IMG/VR virus record: IMGVR_UViG_3300030419_004292
DNA from: an uncultured virus (IMG/VR IMGVR_UViG_3300030419_004292)
Lineage: Duplodnaviria > Heunggongvirae > Uroviricota > Caudoviricetes
Direction: 5' to 3' (one strand)
DNA: 64,000 nucleotides
Positions 19,701-30,800 of the stretch are shown piece after piece. A model generated the notes under the pieces. That model saw only the letters and a list, made by a program, of their open reading frames with translations. It made no database searches and was not told the DNA's origin. Positions within the stretch are counted from its first letter, which is position 1, and every line of letters begins with the position of its first letter. A program made the position numbers and the translations under genes.

Positions 19701-21829
19701 GATTCACCTGACCCACCTGTTTCAACGCCGCTTGTGCCACCAGCATCACCTGTTCCGGGTTCTGGCACTAAACCTCCTTCTCCAATAGTTTCGCCATCTC
19801 CGCTACCATCTCCCGTAAATTGCTCATCTCCACCGAAGCCTCCACCGCTAGGTTCAGGAACTTCGTCTCCCTCAGATGGGATGTCCTCGTCAGACTGAGC
19901 TTCTTCCGTCACGATCCCTGTTTCGTTTTTATCTATACGAGCATAGGGTGCTCCTACCAATATGGTTACAGGGTTATCTGGTCCAAATGGAGCGCCCTCA
20001 ATTTTTGGAGAGAACGCGACAGAATGTCCAAAGTGCCCATCTGTTCCTCGAACATATTCACTACTTGCAGAACCATTGGGGGTTCCCATGTTGTACGTAA
20101 TCTGAGAATCTTCTGATGTGCCGTACAAGTGCTCTGGAGCTATTCTCGCATTTGGTACTACACCCTCATACCCAGCGGTATATTGAACCTGATTAAATGG
20201 TGAGGGGGCTATCATACGAATTCCCCTACCCGTATAATCTAAATGAGGATTTGGATGGCCTAAAGCGCTATAATATCCAGCACCCCCAGCAGACTCATCA
20301 GCCCTATCAAAATGATATATGTAGACCCTGCCAGAAGTAGATGTGTCTCCACTAAGCTGATTTAACTTGTCAACCCCATATGAAACTGGACCTCCAAATT
20401 CCCAAATTGCCGAAGTCTCGGAAAACGAACCAAGTCTAGGCTCATTGCCATTCGTGTCTACCCCGCCAAGATACCAGCCACCAAAATCAGTGAAGCCATT
20501 ATCTACCCTTTTACCTCTTGGTTCACCGATCAATACCCATTTATCTTTGAGGTCAACAGACCAACCAAATCTCGCGTCTGAATACAAGGGAATGTCTGCA
20601 TCTTCTCCGGGGTCAAAAGATTTTATATTGGCTTCGCTCCAACCACCCGGAAACGGGGCTTCAATAATTCCAGCCTGAAGCCAAGAGTCTCCACCCGAAC
20701 CTTTCCAACTACCTCCGAATTTGAAAGCTCCATTTCCACCGACCGGGTTTGTTAGTTCTCTATCGTGGTATAGTGATGCAGAAGTAGAAGAAATGTATTT
20801 CAGGAAGTAATCACCATTAGCAGCAGTATTACCGCCCACCCCTTCAATTTTAATTCTGGCACCATCCAATTTATTGGAACTGGCAGAGTGTCTTTTATCG
20901 CCCAAGCTTCCCCAGCCATCGGTCGTGACAACTATCGGGCTAGCATTTGTGGCGTTAGTAATTAAACCTCTGGGTTTTTTGAAAGTGTAAACAGCCCCAC
21001 CCTGAGCATAAAAATTTGCGGCGTATCCAACAACCGAATTTGAAATAGTTGTTTCTTGATATAGAACTTCGGTTCCCGCCTCGTCTTCTGTAAAACCTAT
21101 ACTCCAAGTGCAACCCCCGGTCCCTATCCAGCAATCTTCACTACTGTCACAAGGGTACGCTTTTATGGTAGCACTTCCCTCTTCACCAACCCCTCCTCCG
21201 TCATAGCTTGTGAGATACCAAGTAAAAGCCGACCAAGATGATGGAGAAGATGCTCCGGGCGCAGTGAGGTCTCCAGCAAAAGTGAATTCCTGACCTAGAA
21301 ATGTAAATTTGTCGTATACTCCATCCGCCCAAAGACTTTGTAAATCGCCGGTAACAGTTATGGTTATTACTCCGAAGCAATCTTCCGTATGGGGCGGCAT
21401 GCCCTCAATATGGGTTTGCTCAGCGACGACAGGCAAAGAAACGGTCTGTGAGGGACTTACAAAAGAGAATTTTTTCCAAGCATAGGGAGCGCCTACAACC
21501 ATGTAGTCTCCCTCTGTAGCAATAGAGAAACCTATACCTTCTCCATAACGAGTGTCTAGGGCGACTGGGCGAATATAACTACTAGAGGAGTCTAGGGGCA
21601 AAACATCACCGGCTCCATCGGCGTGCGTAGCGTCTCTACTGTGTCCCGTTTGTATTTCGTTGGGTTCCCAGTATGTTGCGCCACGAAGATTATATCCAAC
21701 CTGACTTTCTACAGTGCCATCAGGGCTTACGGGCGTACCTATACCACTCATCACCTCCTTGGTGGACTGACCGCCGGAAGCAGGTGGAGCACCTATATAT
21801 AAGCCTATGTTATTGGTGTCTGACGCCAT
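13715..21829 (-). CDS. Giant FG-GAP (integrin-like beta-propeller) virion protein with FCCH-like, DNRLRE/CBM-like and cupredoxin-like domains
   Basis: Many FG-x-S-V-A ... VGAP ... GAVYVF repeats in two blocks; 'ITNATNASPIVVTT' FCCH-like; 'LRFNNMGIPRGSQIHNAYIEM'; 'GHTFY...YVHCGLHSGMG'. Confidence 0.75.
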   Translation of the reverse strand: MASDTNNIGLYIGAPPASGGQSTKEVMSGIGTPVSPDGTVESQVGYNLRGATYWEPNEIQTGHSRDATHADGAGDVLPLDSSSSYIRPVALDTRYGEGIGFSIATEGDYMVVGAPYAWKKFSFVSPSQTVSLPVVAEQTHIEGMPPHTEDCFGVITITVTGDLQSLWADGVYDKFTFLGQEFTFAGDLTAPGASSPSSWSAFTWYLTSYDGGGVGEEGSATIKAYPCDSSEDCWIGTGGCTWSIGFTEDEAGTEVLYQETTISNSVVGYAANFYAQGGAVYTFKKPRGLITNATNASPIVVTTDGWGSLGDKRHSASSNKLDGARIKIEGVGGNTAANGDYFLKYISSTSASLYHDRELTNPVGGNGAFKFGGSWKGSGGDSWLQAGIIEAPFPGGWSEANIKSFDPGEDADIPLYSDARFGWSVDLKDKWVLIGEPRGKRVDNGFTDFGGWYLGGVDTNGNEPRLGSFSETSAIWEFGGPVSYGVDKLNQLSGDTSTSGRVYIYHFDRADESAGGAGYYSALGHPNPHLDYTGRGIRMIAPSPFNQVQYTAGYEGVVPNARIAPEHLYGTSEDSQITYNMGTPNGSASSEYVRGTDGHFGHSVAFSPKIEGAPFGPDNPVTILVGAPYARIDKNETGIVTEEAQSDEDIPSEGDEVPEPSGGGFGGDEQFTGDGSGDGETIGEGGLVPEPGTGDAGGTSGVETGGSGESTGGSSVTRTPPSRDVINRVGHTYAFIGAYPDSGNASYSVWRGLPNLYMGNETIGEVLYNQSDIKCSGAFTINNLIGVEKVSDNGEMVDVVPIEDSYLWQRLEHRIYNDNHPLHITDGRGAQDRFGWAVGIKGNTAIVGAPRHSLGVDIDHLGYRSYIKDAGAAYLFTRSSHSGYFDTIEPEGSGALFTKYVGVDENAVAISGANIRHHRDEYDNFGYSVAINENFFAVGAPRHAGAAMGRDFSKEEGGAVYIWEKQPGGNYVFDQKICHNDEKYGFYYGPHIGNTTDPTYVIGSGRDAYSHFGASLSLCGNNLLAGAPFAGGGLDYDYDASLYTTLNFREKLSTEYFKGGDGEGEVSGFESSWNENSLPDNNNLNILYRGGWAPGIPTGGTNYVGNGRAYLFQRQGNREDTRVNENINVAADLDDATINSSAESYDDSSDTIAAGGNLTSSLYSLLRFNNMGIPRGSQIHNAYIEMTAAADDDIATTITIYAFDEDDGEMPSGGEDDSPGESGDEYVNFTTKLNSKKTLNKVSWTLTRTMAGKKVQTAPIAGVIQEIVDRPGWSDNNSIVIILGPKESKDPSNGKKIFYSANYGFRYSDGNETGLDARPRINIDFTEPRDQWKQTNEFIAPIGRDGRTSDVEDYGRSVGLSKEDIIIGGPEYALDGLGSLGDNYNLFTTFGGSGSVSHRDFVGLGCRGYGDPGTPGGNFPHVFSMHTKGVYLLASGMDAHAKGHALDSGNITLTIPKAHAKFSHAMPLYVGPLRARGHTSLYTRGAVLSSGSMPLVMTFRATGNLDMFLKNFQYTGGMPLTVQAPLAASGTADLFTVGPLPSSGDITLHNKGHLCFNSPVGTYPEGYPSLFVSGDATQVTATGSLYTTGPIAATGGINITGPYNLPASGQTSLYTRGLSSDNTTLNLTLEKITGDIDDGIKLYTAGPASIVPPAQSDPDGTDLNPDDRSITLFTKYDPSYASSATSSHSIVKLTKQQTITGDSYREGGIWGSRVMDFLGDSDSDEYSEEAKAHKQHYLKKQNDTIDIHGKSMAVGSPGVKYEFNPIGFNDPPHENGSVKIYSWDGDTDTWSLAQTIQHPNNATEVAPNHSEFGASVAVDDTNGLLVIGEPASDTNDTGKAHIYRRSSGTWAYEATVDGATVLTDGSSPSVNDKKLGDRFGHYVAIDSSVVIVGAPGQDYGTDTTIKDSRINSGAVYVFEYDSGSSRWERTQKLVNPDRNIDYECLNENEYEQSYFGLICKIKDNTIVVGAPSQSLRVKNGDTSIGYVEGGGAVYIFDKSGTWSFTKAFYSRGQSSTNNGTVDSSITYTSADYNANFGASLDFYGHNIVVGAPKKQVSSKDRAGEAYILEKSGGTWSLKYTIIPTETFSDSSVVHSADDLFGYHVSILNEDTVLIGSPKHDYGVAPSTTADTAGTNTGAIYVFGIKGGNQIKKFVREEVVSNQFFGYNNVAFEQGNDAQLVSLTYGKNTSESANVIELYRYLSSMPLNIRGPLESNSNTTLFTDGVVGSSGLAPLFTEGMTPANEDTTLMLLGPSGINATGTLHTKGWSPYQTVFNLTMKASMTGPEQNTGTYSTLSLVTKGPIGASSAGWPYWNLKDHRYARKFNITVQSGFYTNDTNAFHIDDNYPPYYYNANPPEYEWGDPILERGRSYVFDLSDSSNSGHTFYISKINDGGGPDSNYAEEYLNGVSGSRSTQGGQLEFHVPDDAPEYLYVHCGLHSGMGWRIQVINKRASTPDGMSLYIDPAPLSSSDTMGLLVEGSIDQAWGTRSNTSMGLFAKVRDVYPESSGINLYTRSVGTTEVETSSYMNLWVQSTGIEGGANFADYMNLFLKPQTKVDVTSNMNLSLLTPAHPTEDITLYLHNTQTKKEANIFTPATGGMNLFLGTTSGTPFGVLPSSSMNLVMPIKGLSGGQQFASRSFDGTFPDAGLDLYIGNTDTSGSMPLFTRSVYYATGVIPLSIPASVGVHSGVSTFMIRGYNDSASGI

Positions 21830-21844
21830 CTATAAAAATCCTTC

Positions 21845-24800
21845 TTATTTGCCACCAGTAACCCTATTAGGTCTCTTGCTTAGTTGATCATTAACAAGGT
21901 TCTTCACATGGTCACCTAGAGCCTCTGTAATAGCATCGGCAAAACCGGGAACATCAATTCCGCCCAATGTCAGCGGACCCTCAAAACTAATGTTGCAAGT
22001 CATTTCCAATCCATTCAAAGTGCCAGCAGCAGTGTTAAACATTGTGGCAGCGGAGCTAAGTCCCGCCACAAATGCATCAAGTCCAGATGCGCCAACAGCA
22101 CCAGCAAACGAACTAGTAAAGTTATCCAAAACGGGCTTCAATGAACTACCAATACCCTGCCCCATCATGTTCCCAATAGCGGGAGCCTGATTAACAAGGG
22201 CTTCAGCTATACCAGCACCATCTACATTAATTCCACCATTACCATTACTCTTAACAGGACCGTTAGTAGAACCATGCTGTAAATACTGTACCAGCCCGCC
22301 CTTATTATAACCCTGAATTCCGCCCCTATTTAAACTTTTCATAAATCCGGCGCCATATTTACTAACAGCACCCTTGGACATAATAAATTCACCGGGTGTT
22401 AACATGGCGGGAACAGTATCAGAACCCATAGAAGGAATAGATCCACCCATAGCTCGCCACACTGGATAGCGCCTTGGATCAACTCGGAGGGGCGGCTGCT
22501 GCTGCTGCTGTGCTGGGTAGTTTGCGAACATTTTTTTGATTGCCTGTTCTGGTGTCATTCCAGCGGGTGAGGAGGGGAATTGGGGTCTTGCGGGATCTAT
22601 AAAGCCTTCAGGAAGTTCCCCGCCGAAAGTTTGCTCGTATCCGCCGGGATTAACGATTCTATCCATAACTCCTCTACCAGCCTGCCTGACTGATTCCGGC
22701 ACCATGCCCCCGATAGCTCCTCCGATAGCCGCACCTGCTTGCGCTCTTCCGCCCCTAGTACTAACTAAATCTCTAACTTCACCCTTCATTTGCGCAGCTT
22801 GAAATCTTTGATTTACAGCCTGAAGTCTCGTCTCTTGTCTTGCTATCGCCTTGTCTATTCCAGCCGTGGCTTTACCGGCACTCTTTAGCTTATCCCTTCT
22901 AGCCCGCAACTTGGCAAGTGTCTGCCGAATTTTAGCAACGGTTTTACCGTGCTTTATACTAGCTCTTTGTGCCGCTTTATGTCTTCTGGTGGGTTTTCCC
23001 TTGCTGTCCGTGGCGCTAATTTCTCCAGTTATTCCAGCTTGCAATCTCATTGCAGCCCTAGAGACAGTGGTGTAATCTCTTAGGTATTCTGGGAGACCCT
23101 TTTGATATGCCGTCAATTCCCCCGGACCAAGAGGTCCGGTGCCCAACAAGGGAGGCGCCCCAAACGGGAAGGATGAAAGAATATCTTCCTTCTTTCCTAG
23201 TGCCTTTTGAGAAAACTGTATTTTTCCTGCGCTGGCAGACGCTATCATTCCTTCAGATAGAAGATTTTGCAATGATCTTGCACTACTCATAACAGCCGGG
23301 AAATATTTCTCAGTATCGCCACCACCGGCTATATCTCTGAAAGCACCTCTCCATTTTTTAGGAACTTTATTGAATGGAGTGTTAGATATTCTATCCTTAA
23401 TAATTTGACTTATTTTTCCGGGGCTATAGATGTTGGCTGTTCCGCCAGCCGCCGAAGCTCCAGCAGAAATTGCACCTCCCAAGTTTGCAGGGGCAGCCGC
23501 CGTTCCGGGTGGCGTGACTGCGGCGGCTCCTCCCGTCGCGGCTGCTTGCGCCGTCGTCGCCGTCTGTGGGCTTGATCCAGTCATAGGCCCACCACTCGGA
23601 GCAAACGGGTTAGCGACTTCATTCGGCGCGTCACCCTGCTGCGTCTCTGTCGGGTCTTCTTTCTTTTTGGCGCCTTCTCTAATCCAATTTGCGGTTGCAC
23701 TCAAAGAAGCTATGCTTAAAACATTCGATAGCCACTTGACTGGCTTACTCCCCACTATCCTCCCGAACAAAGTCTTTTGCTTTTCCTTCGCCCCTTTCTC
23801 CCCATCCTTACTCTTCTTGCTGGCCGCTTCTTCCTCTGACTTCCTTGCTGCGGCTTCTTCCTCTGCCTTTTTTGCTGCTTCTTCAGCTTCTTTGGCCTTT
23901 TTTCTCGCGGCGGCGGCGGCCTCGTCTGCGGCCTGCTTTTCTTTCGCGACTTCTGCATCTGCTCTCGCCTTGGCTTCGGCTTCCGCCTGTTTTCGTGCAG
24001 CAACAGCAGCTTCCTCAGCTTTTTGTCTCGCGGCGGCCTCTGCGGCGTCTGCCTCGGCTTTTTGTCTCGCGGCTTCTGAATCTGCTCTCGCCTTGGCTTC
24101 GGCTGCGGCATCTTTCACCACAGATTCATCAAGGAATTCGGTGGCGTCTTTATTTCTTGTTGCTGTGTCCGCTGCTACTTCGTCACTTTTTGCATTCGTC
24201 TCTTTTGCTTTGTTTAATTTGTTTCTTATGTTGTTTTCTGCTGCGGCATTCTTATTAGCCTCTTGTTCTATTGCTTTCTGTTCATTTAATTTTTTAGTTT
24301 CTGCGGCTCTCTGTCCCCCGCGAATTCTTCTCGCCTTAGTTAAGAATAGCTTTTGAGCAGCCGCTTCTCCCTGACCCCACTGACTTGGCGGCTTACCGTT
24401 AGCACCCTCTACCGCGCTCCAATTTTTCACGCCCTTCGGAGGTGTAGGTGTGCCAATTTGACTTTCAATATCAGCCTTCAATGCTCTCCAATTCGTCTCA
24501 GTGCCCTTTTTCCCACCTTTGATAGCACTCCCGCCCTTGTTATTCGACAATCCACCTTTTGGAATCTTCGTGGTGGACATTAAATCTGTAGGAGCTTCCG
24601 CCTCAGTCTTTTTTGCCGCCTTGGTGACATCGTCTGCTGCCTTTTTAACCTGCGCCCTTGCCTTGGAATCTCGTAGTTTTAGGGCCGCAGCGTCTGTAAC
24701 AGTTGGGCCACCAACCTGTTTCAAATCTGCTGGTGCAGCTTCAGAGAGAATCACTTTCTCAGGCTGTGATTGTTCTATGAGTTTTTGTGTTTGCGCGTCT

Positions 24801-27800
24801 GCTTTAGCTTTAGGTTCGACATGAGTAAGCTTTAGCATTTCCCCCGCTTTTACTGGCTCGACTGGCGCTGGCTTTGCTGGCGTTGCTGCTGGCTTTGGTT
24901 GTGGTGCTGGTGCTGCGGCAGGAGCGGCTGTTCCACCCCCTCTTCCTAGTCCACTCGTCTTCTTAAAAGGATCGAAAGATGGATCTGTCGAGGAGCCTTT
25001 CTTATAAGGCTCTCTACCTGAAGCAAGACTCCTGTTGTATCTGTCTACTAATGGTCCTCCTTTCTTTAGAGTCTCAGCCTCAGTCAATCGTCTCATGACT
25101 AGCGGATCGCCGCCCCTGTCGGGATGGTGTTTTTTCTGGAGCGCTTTGAACCTTTTTTTCAGTGTAGCCACAGCATCAGCACTAAGCGGCTTACCGAACT
25201 TAGGCCCACCCGGCCTATATTGAGGAAGACCCGCAATATCATACAGAGTATTTCTTGGGTCTAGAATGAACTCTGCTTCTGCGATCCTGACTGGATCGCC
25301 CTCGTACCTAGCTCTCGCCTCCCCTAGCTCCGCTTCAAATTGCTTTACCTGCGCCTCAGTCGGATCAACACCCTCAAACCGCCCCCGTCTCCGAGTACCC
25401 TTTGTAGTACCCTTTGCTTTTTTTGACTTTGCCTTTTGTGCATTCATTCCTTCTATCGTTTTATCAACAGCCCTCTGCCTATCCTTGGCATCTTTAATCC
25501 TGTCAATTCTCTCCATCCTCGCTTTCAGCTTCTCGGCCTTACCCTTATTAGCTTTTAGCCATTCCGTTCGACTGAGGCCATCGGGATTAAGCCTCTTATT
25601 TCGAAGCACTTCTTTAAACAACTGCCTTGCTTCTTTTGAATATTTTTTCCCCGTTCCACTCGCAGCAGTGTCGGTCGTCTTCTTATTTTTACCCTTTTCA
25701 GCCCTGTTTTGAGCACCTTTCTTTGTCTTGTTTATATTATTAACGGTTTCCGCAGCAGCCTTGTTAGCAGCCGCTGGACTGTCGGCACTGGCAACCTTAG
25801 CTCTCCCAGACTTGAATCCCTTTCCTAGACCAACACCAGCAAAACCTCCACCCATCAAGCCGCCCATCATGATAGCATCCATTAAACCCGAATCCCAAGG
25901 ATGATCAGGATCAACTCCAAATTCTCGCATTACTTGATTCTGAGCAAGTCTGTCTGCCCCACCAGCCGCAGCGCCAATAGCAGCACCTTTTGCAACAGCC
26001 AATGTCCCTTCGCCCGCGATCCGTGCATAGACCTTGCCTGCCCCCCCACCAAACTTTCCAGCCCCTTTCAATTTCGCCAGTTTACTCAGTGCTCTAACAC
26101 TCGTTCCACCGCCAATTTTACTCGCCGCTCCAAAAGTAATCGCATCCAATAACGCACTAACCGCAGTAGCACTAACCGCACCTTTAATTTGATCGCCGCT
26201 ATTTCGCCATTCCCGCATAGCAAGTTCAAATACTTTTTGTTCGTCTTCGGCGTTGTACGGTTTTCCAGACTCTTTTATCACCGCCAAATAGTCCTCTTTT
26301 GCCTTATCCGCTATCTTCTGTCGCCCCTCCTCCATAAATCCTACCAGCCCCAAACTCCCGCCAACTATCGCACCCGCGCCCATAGTAGCCCCAGCCCCAG
26401 CCGCAGCCGCACTAGCTCCAGTAGCTGCTGTTAGACCAGCGGTTCCTCCTATAGCAGAAGCTCCAGCACCCGCTGTGCCAATCGCTAAAGCAACAGTCCC
26501 CGCCATCCTTCCGACTCCTTCAGCACCCTCAAATCCTTTGGAAGCTTTTCCAACAAGTTTATCTTCGGCTCTTTGAATGGCGCCCACGGTATCTGTACCC
26601 GCCGCCAAGTCAATTACCGAACCTCCCACTTTCGCCATAGTTCCAACAATACCCTTGGCTGTACCGGCAGCAAAAGCTCTAACCGTTTCCATCGCCCCAC
26701 GGTCCCCGGTAAATTCACCTCTCTTAAATGTCTGATAACCTTCCGCAAAACTTTGCGGTCCTTTACCAAGCTGATTTGCACCAAGTACACCACTCTTGCC
26801 TGTGGAAACTCCCTTTACCTTACCCGGCGATGCTTGAGGATTTTTCGCTTTTGCATCTAGGTATTGTCTTAACGCTTTATCATCGGTTTTTAACCCTACA
26901 TTAAGTGTTGCCGTCCCACCCTTGGACGTTATACCTTTAAGATCTGCATATTTCCTATCCCATGCATCCCTTTCATCACTACTGCTGCTCCACCAACCCG
27001 GTCTTGGAGGAACCTTAATCTGTTTTTCACTTAATTTCTTTCCTGCCTTACTCAATCCTCCTTCTTCAGTAAATAGGCCATACAAACCCATATTAGTATA
27101 ATCTTTTACTGATAATGCATTTATTTCCGCAGCAGTAAATTTTCTAGTACTCGCAAGATGCTCTCTGGCGGCAATCAATCGCTGATCTCTAATATCTCCA
27201 TGATCCCCAGCAATTATTTTTTCTAATGCTACTTGGTCTGGGTTTTGATTCCTGTAGGCCGCCTGAAAATCCTTTTTGGAAAATCTTTGGGGTGCCCCCG
27301 ACCACGCCTTTCCACCATTCTTCAAATATTGCACCACCCCACCGCCACTGTAATATCCAGTGTTAATAGCGTTTAGCGCCCCAACACCAATCTTATCGAC
27401 GGCGGATTTGCGTACAACAAACTCACCGGGCGTAAGCATAGCGGGCACTGTGTCAGTGCCTCTTGGGGCAAAGACTGAGCCACCGGCAGCAAAGGGAGCA
27501 ACTTTTCCACCGCTCAAACCAAGTGCTGCGGCATTGGAGTATGCCCTAAACTTATCTAGCCATGACGGTTTTTTGTCCATGGCCTTTCTTATATTCTTTG
27601 CGGCTTCCTTGCCAGATGCCTCTGGTGATTGCCCAGTACTTAATGCACCCTTAACCGCATCCCCGACTCCTTGCCCAACAGCCTCTGATATTTCACCCTT
27701 ACCTATTATCCCTTCTATTGCACCTGACGCAAGCGAGCCAGCAGACGCACCAGCACTAGCCGCGCCCCTCTGCATCATCCCCTCTACGATATCTTTTGCC

Positions 27801-30800
27801 GCATCTCCAAGAGCGTCTATAATCGCTCCCTTATTATCTTTAAGTTCTCCTACTAGAGACTCTATTGCTTTTGTAAGTCGATCTGTAGAATCTGTTAAAG
27901 GTTTAAATAGACCACCCAGTCCCGGTACGCCACCCCCGCCCGGAACTTTTCCCTTCTGAGCATACTTGGCGTTCATGGCTCTAAGAAGAGGCGCATTCTC
28001 CTTAGTAGCGCCCGCATTCATAATCGCCTCGCCCTCTTTATCCATCCATACTAGATCATCATCCTTACCCTTTGGCCCATTAATGATTCCCTTTACAGCA
28101 TATGGAACATGTCCCTTGGCAATTGTAGGTACAGCAACCCCAGCAGCACCGCCGCCTCCACCGCCACCAGTCGCAGCCTGAAGCTGCACTAACATGTTGT
28201 TTAGTCTGTTAATAAAGTCCGTATGCATCTGCTGAATGGCGCTAAGAACCTGAGTCTCTTGCTGTGCTAACACTGCAATCCACTGTTTTCTAGCGTTGTC
28301 CTCCGCAGCAAACGCCCTTTGTAAGTCCCCAATCAATCTGTCTTCTTTTGATGTGCTTTCGAAGATCTGCTTGATTTGTCTTTGCGTAACTCCTCCACGA
28401 CCCTGAGCCTTGAGCATCTTGTCAAGCACCCTGACTTGGAATTGCTTGGCAATTTTATCTCCGGTCATACCGGGAATAAGCTCCACGTCCGCGAACTGTT
28501 CAAGTATCTTGCCCACGGCGGGACGCATTTCGTCTGAAATAGCATCAATATCACCAGCATTAATCGCTTGAGTCAAAGCAGCAAAAGATTTATTAATTGA
28601 TGCGCGGCCTTCATTTGTGGCAAAAGTCCAGTCTTTAAGGAGGGTCGATCTAACCTCCCGCTCTTTCTTTGCTAAATCAAGCTCTTCCTTTATATCGGAT
28701 GCTCTACCTTGCGCGGACGTGACCAAGTCCTTCAGGGCCATTGTTAATCTTTTGGACTTTTCATTTAGCTTCTGTAAGTTTTTTGCTTGAAGGGCATACT
28801 CGTTAGCTAAATCAGCGCCCATCCTGCCGGTCGCACTGAACCCCTGAAGTGCCTTGTCGGCCCTTCTAATCTCATCCTTAGTTTTTCTAAGCTCGTTGCC
28901 TATGCCTACAGCATTACCAGCTAAACCGGCATTTTGAGGACCGAGAATAGCTCTCTGTCTGTCTCTTCTGAAATTCTCTCTAGCTCCCAGACTAAGCCTG
29001 CCTCCCCCAACTTCAGACAGCGTCTTGGCATTCTTTAACTGGGCACTGACTAGATCAGATTCCGCCTTTACCCTCTCCATCGTAATCTTTGTTAACTGCT
29101 TAAAGCCATCTCCCAGCCTCTTTATATTCTGGTTGAATTCCTTTAAGCCCTTACTCAACAACCCGTTTACTTCATTAAACTCTTTAGCTAACTTATCAAC
29201 CTCTGCTTGTACTTCCTGTGCTGTTAGAGGTTTACCCTTCAAATCTTGAATCTTTTTTGTAATAGCCGTGAGAAACTTGTCTCTAAGCTCTGGAGGCAAT
29301 GCCGCCAAAATCGCTGGATCAAGAGTGTCAATTGCGTTTTTCACATCGTCCAGTCCTTGCCCAGCACTTAAACCAGCCGAAGCTAGCGTGGTCACAACTT
29401 CGGGCATTCTCCGAAACACCGTTGCCACATCAATAGCTTCTTTAGCTAGCTTTTGACCGGCCTGTCCAAATATCGCCCCGGCCTGATCTGCAACCCGTTT
29501 AAATCTTCCCAAATCCCCTACTTTACTAACGTCTTTTATTACGCCAGAAAAATCTACTCTCTCTGCCCCTACGCCCCCTTGACCAGCTATAACTTTTAGA
29601 TCCCTCATTCCAAGCTTGGCGTCGTTTGCTGCTGCGCCTAAAGCATTCAGCCCAATATTTAATACGTCCACCCTTTGTCTGAGAGCGGCGAATGCCGCTG
29701 CTTGAGCCGCCGCCGCCGCTGCCAGCCTAGCCTTTTGTTCAACTTCATTCTTAGCAGACGCTTCTATTTGATCTATAGCCTCCTTAGCATCATCTGTACT
29801 CATCCCCATCGCTTCGAATATTTTTCTGAACAGGGCCATGCTCTTTTCGAATTCAGCAGAATTCTTAATTTGAGCAAAGTCTTTTCCGGCGTCAACTTGA
29901 CTCTTTATGTATGAAGATAGACCCTTTCTTAAATTCTGCTCTTGACCACCCAAAGTGGCTTTTACCTTATCGGCCTGTTCTTGATACGCCGCTACCAATT
30001 CTTTATTACCTCCAGCGGCTTTGACCGCATTCGTCCTATCTTGAAAGACTTTGGCATCAGAGGCAATTTGATTGATAGCACCAAATGTGTCTACAAAAGC
30101 GTCTCTCCCCTGTAGACCCGCTCTTGTGATAGCCTCCATCGCCATCTTAAATCTCTTGCCAGACGCTGTTACTGACGCAGCAAATCCACTAACGTCACCT
30201 TCTTGACTTCTTGTGGTAAAATTAGTGGCCCCACCGGTGACTGAGTTAATCCATTCAAGAACATCATTAAAATATGTAGCAGCGGTGGCAGCAGCGGCTA
30301 GAGCAACCGCTAATATTTTAAGTGGTCCCGGCAATTTCGAGGAAGCAACCGCCAATCCCGCAAGAGTCGAGCTAACACCGGCCACAGCCGTAGTTTGCTC
30401 TAACTGAGCGGACCTTGTGCCTTGGGCGATGGCTTCCTGCACATTACCCGCCTTGATAGCCGCCTCGGTCGCCTCGTTTGCAGCATGAGCAAATTCTTGT
30501 AGTACGGTAATCCCCGCTGCCGCTGCAACAGAGAAGCCAAGTAATGCAAGTCGGGCCGCCTTAGTCTCACCCTTATCTGGTTCTTCAGGTGCTTCTTCTC
30601 CTTTTTCCGCTGCCTCTTCTGCCGCCTTTCTAGCATCATCAAGTGCTTTAGCCGCCTCATCCGAAGCCCTCTCTATATCCCGCAGAGCTTTACCGACACT
30701 AATGAATAGAAATGTGAGTACCCCCACCTTACTACCAAGGGTCGTAAATTCCTTGATTTGCTTTCCAAGCACTCCTTGAAAGTTTATCATTTCCGCTACA

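Noticed and set aside
22495..22511. (CAG)5 poly-Gln tract in the TMP
   Set aside because: Too short to be meaningful; lies in a low-complexity linker
23430..24356. 308-aa plus-strand ORF and other long antisense ORFs within the TMP (27360-27959, 31608-32324)
   Set aside because: In-register shadows of Ala/Lys-rich coding on the minus strand; low-complexity translations, no RBS
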